IMG/VR virus record: IMGVR_UViG_3300037851_000461 | Location: 1-59,218 of that record | Source: a virus | Lineage: Duplodnaviria; Heunggongvirae; Uroviricota; Caudoviricetes | Length of the DNA stretch: 59,218 bases | Strand: one strand, 5' to 3' | Shown: positions 1 to 8,414 of the stretch, in pieces | How the letters are laid out: each line of letters begins with the position of its first letter | Numbering within the stretch: the first letter of the stretch is position 1 | Made by a program: the position numbers and the translations under genes | The notes under the pieces: model-generated | Told to the model about the DNA's origin: nothing | What the model saw: the letters and a program-made list of their open reading frames with translations, nothing else | Database searches by the model: none

Positions 1-29
1 AATCAGACGGTGAACGCACGACTTTCTAC

Positions 30-1025
30 ATGACGTTCTATCGTCTTGAATTGATTCCTATGGGTTCACCACTTCCTGTCGGGTCATATCCTCTTTACGG
101 ATCGTGGACAACGAGCGATACGCGCAAGAGAAAGACCTTCACTCAGGAAGTCATCGTTCCATATGCGGGCGGATACCAGACGGGAAGCAAATTTGCTCGT
201 GGTGTTCAGACAAAGTACACATCGGTCGGATTGGATTCCATGACCGATGGTGGCTCTCCATTCATAATCAAGAATAGCGGATACCTCACAGGCTCCATGT
301 GTGGCATTCTATTGGGATCGATGACTGGATCGTTCGATGACACGGTTGAAAAGAAGAACCTGCAATATTTCAGATATTATGAGTCGCACTCGGTCGTAGG
401 TTCGGTCATTCAAGGATTTGAAGTTTATAACATTTCCACGAATGACTTCTTCCTAGTCGGAAAAATCATCGGCAAGTTCACCTCCGGACCACTGGCAGGA
501 GAATCGCTTGTTCTCGGAGATGTGGGAAGTTACGTCTCCGCAACAGGTATTTCTGACAACTATCCAAACCAATCGTTCACATCAGCGTCGGTTATTTGCA
601 AACTCACCAACTCGGCTGTATCAGCAACATCAGACCTTTATTTCAGCGGTTCTATCTCTGCTGGTATCATCACCGGTAAAGGAAAGAACAACGAAACCGC
701 ATCCCTTTCCGTCAACGGTAAGGTTCTTGGAGAATACGGCAATCTGATTCCAAATATCGGTCGCTATTCTGGTTCATACATCGGCTGCTTCACCGGGTCT
801 TTTACCGGATCATTTGAGGGTCTTTACACCGGAGTATATAAGTCATATGATGACTTTGAAGAGGAAGTGGTCGAAATCGTCACCGGCAGCTCGGCGGCGG
901 GCATCACCCTAGAAGACATTCAGCGTTTGGGCATCCAGTCGTTGACCAATGCACAACTCGTTGCCAACAACAAGTTGGCTGTTCCTAAGAAGAAGAAAAA
1001 GAAGAAGTTCCTCGGATTATTTTAA
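30..1025 (+). CDS. Virion structural protein with [ST]GS/GSF repeats (fibre/spike-like)
   Basis: 331-aa ORF with YSGSYIGCFTGSFTGSFEG-type repeats and a poly-Lys + FLGLF C-terminus; first gene of the structural block. Confidence 0.5.
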   Translation: MTFYRLELIPMGSPLPVGSYPLYGSWTTSDTRKRKTFTQEVIVPYAGGYQTGSKFARGVQTKYTSVGLDSMTDGGSPFIIKNSGYLTGSMCGILLGSMTGSFDDTVEKKNLQYFRYYESHSVVGSVIQGFEVYNISTNDFFLVGKIIGKFTSGPLAGESLVLGDVGSYVSATGISDNYPNQSFTSASVICKLTNSAVSATSDLYFSGSISAGIITGKGKNNETASLSVNGKVLGEYGNLIPNIGRYSGSYIGCFTGSFTGSFEGLYTGVYKSYDDFEEEVVEIVTGSSAAGITLEDIQRLGIQSLTNAQLVANNKLAVPKKKKKKKFLGLF

Positions 1026-1048
1026 CACGAGATTTCTTTAGATTTCCC

Positions 1049-1056
1049 ATATTTAT
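1049..1056 (+). promoter_or_regulatory. ATATTTAT motif (putative late promoter or initiation signal)
   Basis: 10 nt upstream of ATG 1067; the same motif occurs before 9 other genes. Confidence 0.6.
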
Positions 1057-1066
1057 GATTTGAACT

Positions 1067-1702
1067 ATGAGCTATATCGACAACAGAGTAATCACCGTGA
1101 ACGCAGTTCTCACAAAAAAGGGTAGAGAACTGCTCGCCCAAAATGGAGCACTACAAATTACATCGTTTGCTTTGGCTGATGATGAAATCGACTATAGTCT
1201 CTACAACCCCAACCACCCACAGGGGTCGGCATACTACGATTTGGCTATCCGCAACACGCCAATCATGGAGCCTGTTTCAGATGAAACGCAGGTTCTCAAG
1301 TATAAACTCGTAACTCTCAATCCCGGAGTCACTTCCATCCCTGTCATTACCCTTGGGCAGACCAGCATTGAAGTCGATAAGAACTACCGTGGTGAAATCG
1401 TCATCGTTCCTTCGACGAACCCTGTTTACAACACCACGCTCGGATACACCGCAATCCTTGCCAACAAGAATGCAGGCCGTATCATCGGAGAATTGGTTCA
1501 AATCAATCAGGCTGCAACGATTCCTTCGTTCCTTGGAGATATCGGTTCGACAACGGCTCAGACAGCAGTTGGTCTACGCTTCCGTTTCATTCCAAACAAC
1601 GGTCTAACATCAACCCTCCAGACGAACTTGACCATCATCGGAAACGAATCCGGTGGCAGCGTCACAATTCCAGTCGTAGTCAACGTCGATACAAACGCTT
1701 AA
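1067..1702 (+). CDS. Conserved huge-phage virion (putative baseplate/tail) protein
   Basis: N-terminal VLTKKGRELLA...ITSFALADDEIDYSLY motif, which I recognise from large-phage structural proteins; lies in the structural operon. Confidence 0.65.
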   Translation: MSYIDNRVITVNAVLTKKGRELLAQNGALQITSFALADDEIDYSLYNPNHPQGSAYYDLAIRNTPIMEPVSDETQVLKYKLVTLNPGVTSIPVITLGQTSIEVDKNYRGEIVIVPSTNPVYNTTLGYTAILANKNAGRIIGELVQINQAATIPSFLGDIGSTTAQTAVGLRFRFIPNNGLTSTLQTNLTIIGNESGGSVTIPVVVNVDTNA

Positions 1703-1706
1703 TCCT

Positions 1707-2756
1707 ATGGCAGCAACAGGCTCATCAGTATTCAAGAATTTTGAGGCAGGAGACATTGTTTCCGGAAGAAGTCAAACGGTTTCGTTCGGTCTCTGGGCCG
1801 ATGGAGCCATTTCACAGTCTGCTTTCTACACCTCAAGCATTCAAATCTCGAACAGCGGTTCTTCTCTATCTGTAGGGAATGGAAGTTACTATTGGGATAT
1901 CTACAATCAGGCGCTTCCCGACACGAATGCTCAATCTCAGAAGTACTTTGCAATCGCACATGGTAACTTCTACGGTTCCGGTTCGTATTATGCCGGGGTA
2001 ACCGACGCATTGGTATATCCAGCCCGTGCCATCTACAATCAGTACAAGAATCTTCTTCTCCTCCCATCCGATACCAAGTTCAGTTTTAAGACTGGTAGTG
2101 GTGATGAGTTTGTCGATTCCGATGATATCTACGTCATCAACTTTGCAACCGACAAATACAAGGATCGTGTAGACGCCGGTCAATGGTCGATCAAACTTCA
2201 AGGTTCAGCCAGTTTTGTAACCCTAACCGACGATAGCGCATATCCTGCAACGGTTCGCGGAACCAGCACATCGGTTTACAATGTCGTTGGAAGCACTCCA
2301 AGTGGAACATATGATGGTCTTGGTCTATTCTACCCAAGTTTGGGAACGATTGTTCTAAATCCATCAAAGGTTGCCGCCCGAATTGGTTCGGAATTCCTTC
2401 CATACACATCGAATGTTTCCGTCACCACAAAGGCTGATACCAACTTCCAAAAGATTTTCAACGCTGTTGCCACAGGAAGCAACGTCACCGTTCGTGCATC
2501 TGAATTCGTTCCTTCCCGCCACTACTTTGTGCGCGTTAAGAACTCGGAATTCAACTATTCGAACAACCCAAGTTTCGTGACCGGCTCTGAAGGTGCATTG
2601 AGATTCGATTCGTTCTCGAACGACCCACAGGTTTACTTGACCACGGTCGGTCTTTACGACGATAACAACGACTTGGTTGCAGTTGCTAAATTGAGCCAGC
2701 CTCTATTGAAGACCTTCGACAACGAAGCGTTAATTCGTATCCGCCTCACATTCTAA
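1707..2756 (+). CDS. Virion structural protein (baseplate/fibre-collar-like C-terminal domain)
   Basis: C-terminal YLTTVGLYDDNNDLVAVAKLSQP resembles tail-fibre collar/baseplate adaptor domains; S/T/G-rich. Confidence 0.6.
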   Translation: MAATGSSVFKNFEAGDIVSGRSQTVSFGLWADGAISQSAFYTSSIQISNSGSSLSVGNGSYYWDIYNQALPDTNAQSQKYFAIAHGNFYGSGSYYAGVTDALVYPARAIYNQYKNLLLLPSDTKFSFKTGSGDEFVDSDDIYVINFATDKYKDRVDAGQWSIKLQGSASFVTLTDDSAYPATVRGTSTSVYNVVGSTPSGTYDGLGLFYPSLGTIVLNPSKVAARIGSEFLPYTSNVSVTTKADTNFQKIFNAVATGSNVTVRASEFVPSRHYFVRVKNSEFNYSNNPSFVTGSEGALRFDSFSNDPQVYLTTVGLYDDNNDLVAVAKLSQPLLKTFDNEALIRIRLTF

Positions 2757-2791
2757 AATAACTAACTTCTAACGAGAAGTTGGTGGGCGGT

Positions 2792-2801
2792 ATATTTATA
2801 G
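2792..2801 (+). promoter_or_regulatory. ATATTTATAG motif
   Basis: 4 nt before ATG 2806; preceded by the hairpin aacttct-aacg-agaagtt. Confidence 0.6.
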
Positions 2802-2805
2802 AGGT

Positions 2806-5800
2806 ATGATCAAAACTCTCGATAGAGCATCTGTCACAACCGTACCGTTCAAGACCCACAAAGCGTGGAATGTAGACACGGCTACTCAGGCTGATATTTT
2901 GCTTTTGGAGCAGAGTGGCAGTGATAGTGGCATCATCATCAACGATTATTATACATCCTCGTTGTTGGCTATCGAACAGCAATCATACTACTCGTCTTTC
3001 CGTGTTCTTGAAGGTCTCCACATCAGCGGAACTTTCTTTGAGACTTCCAGCATTCACTGGAGTTCCATTGACAACCCGATTAATTGGGAAGGCTCTTACA
3101 AGGGCTTGGTATATGATTCCGTTGACCATCTTTTCTATCGCAACCAAGAAAGCCCGCTCACAATGTTCGGATTGCGCATCTACAAGGATGTGTCGTATCT
3201 AGGAAAGCGGGAAAATCGAAAGATCAATGATCGCATTCTCACCGCTCGCCTTCCCATTGGATACTTCGGCGAGAGAATCCTTCCAAACAGCGTTAACGTA
3301 ACCGACTTCTCAAATTTCCACGACAAGTACACAATCTCCGATGATGGTCACACAAACCTAATCCTCAGCGGTTCAAACTTTGTTGATGTTGGCGTGTTGT
3401 CGGGCATTCCAAATCTGTCAGGATCGGCTTCATATTACAATCCAATCGATGAACGGTTTGGCGTTTCCGTCTCAGGTGATGGAGCATGGGTGGCAGTCGG
3501 GTCACCGATGGATGAAAACTCCTTGTCGTTCAGTAAGACCGGTCGTGCCTATCTCTTCAAGAGAACTGGTTCGGGTTATCTTGGGATGCAAACACTCTAT
3601 TCGCCATTCTCACAGGATGCCCTCACAGCCGAACAACTGGCTTCTGGAAGCGATGATCCTCTTTTGCTTGAAACTGAATTCGGTGATTTCATCATCTCCG
3701 AAGGAACGTCTTCTTGCTCTGGTAATGATACCCCATTCGGTCAATTAGTCGATGGATTTGGAAGATCGGTATCTTTGCAGGGAACGCACTTGGCAATTGG
3801 TTCACCTACCAGTATTGTATTTCCATCGGGGTCAACTTACGTCTCAACCGCATCTGCCTGTGTGACCGGTTCTGGCTTGGTTTTCTGCTATGACATGAAC
3901 TTCGGCGGCACTGAGAGTTGGGGAAGAATCAACATTCTTTCGAGTTCAAACGATCCCGCCGCAGAGCACGAATTCGGATATACCGTGAGCGTTTATGGAG
4001 ACACTTTGGTTGTGGGAGCACCCGGAACAGGCTCGATCTTCATCTATAACTACACAAGTTCAAATTGGGCTCTTTCTCAGACGTTTACGATGAACGTCAC
4101 AAGCAGTTTCGGTTCCGCTGTCAGTGTATGTGGCGACAACTTGGTTGTCGGAAATAGAAACGCTGCTGGCAAGGCGTGGTATTACCACAGAAGCGGTTCC
4201 TCATGGTATTTCGTCAAGGAGTTGATCGGTCGCACCGACTTCACAGGAAGCATTTATACAAACGGTCTCAATTACACAAGCAGCATCGATGGATTCGGTC
4301 ACTCCGTAACCGTCAATGATAGTTTCATTGCTGTTGGGGCACCGACTGACCGAATCTTCACCCCATCAGGATCGTCAAACAACTATTACGCAGGTTTGGT
4401 TTATGTTTACGGTCTCACTGGATTTGCATGTGATCAGCCATTTCCGCACTCCGGTTCATACTTCTCCGAAGCAAGTTATCCAATTCCAATGCAGAGAATC
4501 TTCAGCGAAGATTCGATTGACAATTCTTACTTTGGTCAGAGCGTTTCCTTGAACAAGACTCGTCTCGCAATCGGTTCTCTGAAACCTCGCGGTTCCCTGC
4601 AAGTAGAATACTCATCAAGCCTGTATTATGTCGAGGGTATCGAAGATGAAATCAACGATTTCGACGACACCCGCTTCACAGATGGATTTGCTTACCTCTA
4701 CAAACTCAACTCCAATAGAACCGAGTATCTACAAGAGAAAATCGTGCGCAGAAACAAGGAGCGCAACGTTCCTTACAAGCACTACGGTCAAGCAATTCAC
4801 CTGAGTCCGCAATTCATGGTTGTTGGAAGCCCTCTATACACCATTCCAGACCTATCGGGAAGTTTGTTCTCACAGAGCCTCTACCCAACCGGAGCATATA
4901 TTGATCAACAGCAGTTGAGAGAGTCGGCAAGTTGGGCATACGATGTTGGTCCTAACATGTCGGGTAGCGCATTCATCTACAATCTATTCGACCTCAGTTC
5001 TGAATATCAGGTTGGAAACGTTTTCTACAATCAGGGAACGTTTGTCATTACCACGACGGGTAGCCAATTCCAAAACATCCTGAACAACTCAGGCAATCGA
5101 GGCTTTGATCTACAATACCGTGGAGAGCACACAATCTTTGAGCACGAAATTCTCATCTCGATTAATCCGGGAGAATTCAATGTCAGCACCAACCCGTCAG
5201 CCCTTGTTCGAGATGCAAGAATCCCACTCGACATAAACAATGACGGTGTATTCGACTGGATCGACGTTGACCTTCTCCTTCAGTGGTTCAATGGAATGGA
5301 TGCTAACAGCAGCCTTTCACCAGAAACGGCAATGATCGTGGAAGCATTGAACCTATCACACGCTCCGAACGTTTTGACACAGGAGATGATTGATTACATC
5401 GAAACGGAGTTGAGCGATACCGGAGTTCTTGATATCGATGGAAGCGGTGGAGTTGATAGCCGAGACGGAAACATGATTCTCTATTGGTGGTTGGGTCAAT
5501 TGACACCGGCACTTTTGAGTTCATTCATGGTGCCAACCAGCACCAGAACCAACGTCAAGGATATCGACACCTATCTCCGTGGAATCACCGGAAAGAACAA
5601 GCCATACCCAACCAAGGCACAGGCAGAAACTCTCCAAGCCAACAACAATCTTGACCTCCTACCGGCTTATGGAATTCAAAACGGCGAACTGATCAAGCCC
5701 GATTTCTTTAACTATGTTGAAAGTAGTTCGCTTGACCGCACCGGCAGTTATCTTGCCCCATATATAACAACGATAGGTCTTTACAATGGTCTCGACCTCG

Positions 5801-5883
5801 TTGGTGTGGCTAAGATGGGTCGCCCGGTCAAGAATATGATCCAATACCCTCTGAATTTCATCGTTCGATTCGATTTCGGTTAA
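2806..5883 (+). CDS. Large virion protein: FG-GAP 7-bladed beta-propeller + dockerin-like Ca-binding repeats + collar-like C-terminus
   Basis: Seven [FY]G.[ST]V......[LV]..G[SA]P repeats; DINNDGVFDWID and DIDGSGGVDSRD; C-terminal YITTIGLY...LVGVAKMGRP paralogous to 1707-2756. Confidence 0.75.
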   Translation: MIKTLDRASVTTVPFKTHKAWNVDTATQADILLLEQSGSDSGIIINDYYTSSLLAIEQQSYYSSFRVLEGLHISGTFFETSSIHWSSIDNPINWEGSYKGLVYDSVDHLFYRNQESPLTMFGLRIYKDVSYLGKRENRKINDRILTARLPIGYFGERILPNSVNVTDFSNFHDKYTISDDGHTNLILSGSNFVDVGVLSGIPNLSGSASYYNPIDERFGVSVSGDGAWVAVGSPMDENSLSFSKTGRAYLFKRTGSGYLGMQTLYSPFSQDALTAEQLASGSDDPLLLETEFGDFIISEGTSSCSGNDTPFGQLVDGFGRSVSLQGTHLAIGSPTSIVFPSGSTYVSTASACVTGSGLVFCYDMNFGGTESWGRINILSSSNDPAAEHEFGYTVSVYGDTLVVGAPGTGSIFIYNYTSSNWALSQTFTMNVTSSFGSAVSVCGDNLVVGNRNAAGKAWYYHRSGSSWYFVKELIGRTDFTGSIYTNGLNYTSSIDGFGHSVTVNDSFIAVGAPTDRIFTPSGSSNNYYAGLVYVYGLTGFACDQPFPHSGSYFSEASYPIPMQRIFSEDSIDNSYFGQSVSLNKTRLAIGSLKPRGSLQVEYSSSLYYVEGIEDEINDFDDTRFTDGFAYLYKLNSNRTEYLQEKIVRRNKERNVPYKHYGQAIHLSPQFMVVGSPLYTIPDLSGSLFSQSLYPTGAYIDQQQLRESASWAYDVGPNMSGSAFIYNLFDLSSEYQVGNVFYNQGTFVITTTGSQFQNILNNSGNRGFDLQYRGEHTIFEHEILISINPGEFNVSTNPSALVRDARIPLDINNDGVFDWIDVDLLLQWFNGMDANSSLSPETAMIVEALNLSHAPNVLTQEMIDYIETELSDTGVLDIDGSGGVDSRDGNMILYWWLGQLTPALLSSFMVPTSTRTNVKDIDTYLRGITGKNKPYPTKAQAETLQANNNLDLLPAYGIQNGELIKPDFFNYVESSSLDRTGSYLAPYITTIGLYNGLDLVGVAKMGRPVKNMIQYPLNFIVRFDFG

Positions 5884-5900
5884 TTTTCAAAAGGAACGAG

Positions 5901-5910
5901 ATATTTATAG
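5901..5910 (+). promoter_or_regulatory. ATATTTATAG motif
   Basis: 15 nt before ATG 5926. Confidence 0.6.
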
Positions 5911-5925
5911 AAAAGGAAAACACCC

Positions 5926-6201
5926 ATGGCAGCAAACACATCAAAACTCCCTCCTATCCAGACAGGCAGTCCACAGAGATTGGAAGACCTTTACGCAAAT
6001 CACCCAACATCACGTAAGGATTCCAAGACAGGACCTGCGGGAGCAGTTGTTTCCAACGTGGTTGACATTCCAAACCAGTTTTCCAAGAACTTTGTCGCCA
6101 AGCCAATGCCTCGTCAGACGCAATTCACAGCCATGGCACAGAACTACGCAACACAACTTGGCGTAGGAACGAAGAAATACGCTCCTTCCGGTCGCGGTTA
6201 A
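5926..6201 (+). CDS. Small hypothetical protein (probably late/virion)
   Basis: 91-aa ORF with AAGGA RBS and ATATTTATAG motif. Confidence 0.6.
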   Translation: MAANTSKLPPIQTGSPQRLEDLYANHPTSRKDSKTGPAGAVVSNVVDIPNQFSKNFVAKPMPRQTQFTAMAQNYATQLGVGTKKYAPSGRG

Positions 6202-6225
6202 GCGAGGGAAGTCTAAAAAAAGGTT

Positions 6226-6804
6226 ATGAATCTCGGGCTTGATGCAAGTACTTCGTGTTGTGGATATGCCTTTTCCGAAGGCAATGTAATCGTTGACGCC
6301 GGTTGGATTGATACATCCAAAGAAGACACATTCCGCGCCAAATCAGCCAAGATAATCAATTTTCTAAATTCGACCGGGCGGATGGGTCAAGTTGAATGTA
6401 TCTATTTGGAATCGGCTGTATCCGGGTTCTCACCGGGCTTCACCAGTCAACAGACAATCGTTCTCCTTTCTCGATGGAATGCTGTGTTCGAGTATATCCT
6501 TCAGGAGACGTTCGGATTAGAAAAAGTGGTTCTTTTAACCAGCAATCAGGCACGCAAGGCTGTATTTGGAGCATGTCGGATTAAAGGAATGAAACCGAAG
6601 GAGTTTGTGAGACAAGAACTCGCCAAGTTATTTGACTTGACGCCGTACATCAAGTTCAACAAGATCGGCAACGAGGACAAGCGCAACTCGGATACCCTTG
6701 ATGCAATTGTTCTATCCCTTCATGGACACTTCTCGCAAAAAACCAACTCAAAAGACAAGAAAACTGGTAAGAAAGTTGATAGCACTTCTGTCAAGCCCGA
6801 ATAA
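6226..6804 (+). CDS. RuvC-like Holliday junction resolvase
   Basis: N-terminal LGLDAST, mid YLES, late DTLDAIVL acidic triad of the RNase H/RuvC fold. Confidence 0.8.
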   Translation: MNLGLDASTSCCGYAFSEGNVIVDAGWIDTSKEDTFRAKSAKIINFLNSTGRMGQVECIYLESAVSGFSPGFTSQQTIVLLSRWNAVFEYILQETFGLEKVVLLTSNQARKAVFGACRIKGMKPKEFVRQELAKLFDLTPYIKFNKIGNEDKRNSDTLDAIVLSLHGHFSQKTNSKDKKTGKKVDSTSVKPE

Positions 6805-7411
6805 GGGTGAGGCGGATGCTGCACGTGTCAAACTTGAGAGGTTGCAGAAGAGGTATCTGCTTGACGATGTAACGTTGGAGCAGATAAGCGAGCAAAAGCA
6901 GAATTACATCATCTCGTTCAAGAATGCTTGGGAGAAGAAACTCCTGACGGATGTGATTTGTTGGGTCATGAATGATATTCACCCGAAGGTGTCTGGAATC
7001 GGCAAGGATCAAATGCTTCTATTCGTTTCACCGACGCAGTATCGAACCATTCTCGGAGCGTTTAACCACTGCCGGGATCAATTCAACGACATTGCAGAGG
7101 TTATTTCAACCATCATCATCACGAAGGCAGGAATGATGGTCAATCAGAACGACCCGAGCAATGTTGATGACGATCCTCCTCCGACTGATGTTATCCATAA
7201 CGGAGAAGAGCCTACACCAGATTCAGGCTCAAACGAACCCGCCAAGGAAGAAGAGCCTCCACCGGCACCACCTCCGACTGACGACGCGTTCAGTAAACAA
7301 ATCAAAGCGCAGAACCTTATGTATCGTCTCTTTGGAGCAATCGATGTTGAAAAATGGAGCAAGGCAGAGCCACTTCCTTTAGGATTGCCAGATGAGAGTG
7401 ACTCAAAATAA
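6722..7411 (+). CDS. DUF2786-like domain protein with acidic/Pro-rich C-terminus
   Basis: LVRKLIALLSSPNKGEADAARVKLERLQKRY fits the DUF2786 pattern; start uncertain (6698 or 6722), overlaps the RuvC 3' end. Confidence 0.5.
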   Translation: MDTSRKKPTQKTRKLVRKLIALLSSPNKGEADAARVKLERLQKRYLLDDVTLEQISEQKQNYIISFKNAWEKKLLTDVICWVMNDIHPKVSGIGKDQMLLFVSPTQYRTILGAFNHCRDQFNDIAEVISTIIITKAGMMVNQNDPSNVDDDPPPTDVIHNGEEPTPDSGSNEPAKEEEPPPAPPPTDDAFSKQIKAQNLMYRLFGAIDVEKWSKAEPLPLGLPDESDSK

Positions 7412-7412
7412 G

Positions 7413-7442
7413 TTGACACATCATCCTGTGGATGAATAGTGT
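7413..7442 (+). promoter_or_regulatory. Sigma70-like promoter for the primase/SbcCD operon
   Basis: TTGACA-N18-TAGTGT; the spacer contains the palindrome catcc-tgt-ggatg. Confidence 0.5.
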
Positions 7443-7448
7443 TAATGC

Positions 7449-8414
7449 ATGTCTGAACTTCGATCCAACAACATACAAATTCTACTCAACAAAGCGTTGG
7501 GGCAGGAGGGTTATGTTCGAAGGAATACAGGCGATATCAAGTATTTCTGCCCGGTGTGCGGTCACAGAAAGCAAAAACTTGAAATCAACTTGGAGAGTGG
7601 TGCCTACCATTGTTGGGTCTGCCACTTTAAGGGTCTCTCGCTCTTCTCTTTGTTCCGCAAGTTGTCGATGCCAGAGTCATTGGTGCGCGAACTCGAAGCA
7701 ATTGTCGGCAAAGAACCGGCAAGAAAAACCTCAGAACTTGACAATCTATTCGGCGATCATACACACGAGACAGCAGTTGAGCACGTTGAACTTCCGGAAG
7801 GATTCAAACCACTCGCCCATATAGATAGAGATAGCATGACATGGCGACGCATCTTCGCGTATGCCAAATCTCGAAACTTTGATTGGAATCACATTTTGCG
7901 ATACAACATGGGATTCGTCGAATCGGGTGAATATGCAAATCGATTGATTGTGCCAAGTTACAATGGCTTAGGCAGATTGAATTTTTTCAGCGCACGGTCG
8001 ATATACGACAACACGTTCTTGAAATATCTCAATGCCGACGTAAGTAAGAACATCGTGGGCTTCGAGTTGTTTCTCGACTACAAACAACCAATCAACTTGG
8101 TTGAGGGTGCACTCGACGCCATTACACTTGGAAGAAACACAACACCTCTTTTCGGTACAAGCATCTTGAGTGAACTCAAGAAAAACCTTATAGAAAACCA
8201 AACTCCCGAAGTTCGTGTTATTTTAGACGACGATGCTTTGAGTAAGGCGATAGTTATTTCTGAAGAACTAACTAAATACAACATCAAGGTTCGACTCGTA
8301 AAGTTGAATGGGAAAGACCCAAACAAATTAGGTTTCGATGCAACGATAAAATTGATTGACAATACTCCGATTTTCTCGTTGACTGACTTGATCAAACACA
8401 GACTTGCATTATGA
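7449..8414 (+). CDS. DNA primase (Zn finger + TOPRIM)
   Basis: CPVC...HCWVC zinc finger, VEGALDA, ILDDDA (DxD), KDPN. Confidence 0.9.
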   Translation: MSELRSNNIQILLNKALGQEGYVRRNTGDIKYFCPVCGHRKQKLEINLESGAYHCWVCHFKGLSLFSLFRKLSMPESLVRELEAIVGKEPARKTSELDNLFGDHTHETAVEHVELPEGFKPLAHIDRDSMTWRRIFAYAKSRNFDWNHILRYNMGFVESGEYANRLIVPSYNGLGRLNFFSARSIYDNTFLKYLNADVSKNIVGFELFLDYKQPINLVEGALDAITLGRNTTPLFGTSILSELKKNLIENQTPEVRVILDDDALSKAIVISEELTKYNIKVRLVKLNGKDPNKLGFDATIKLIDNTPIFSLTDLIKHRLAL

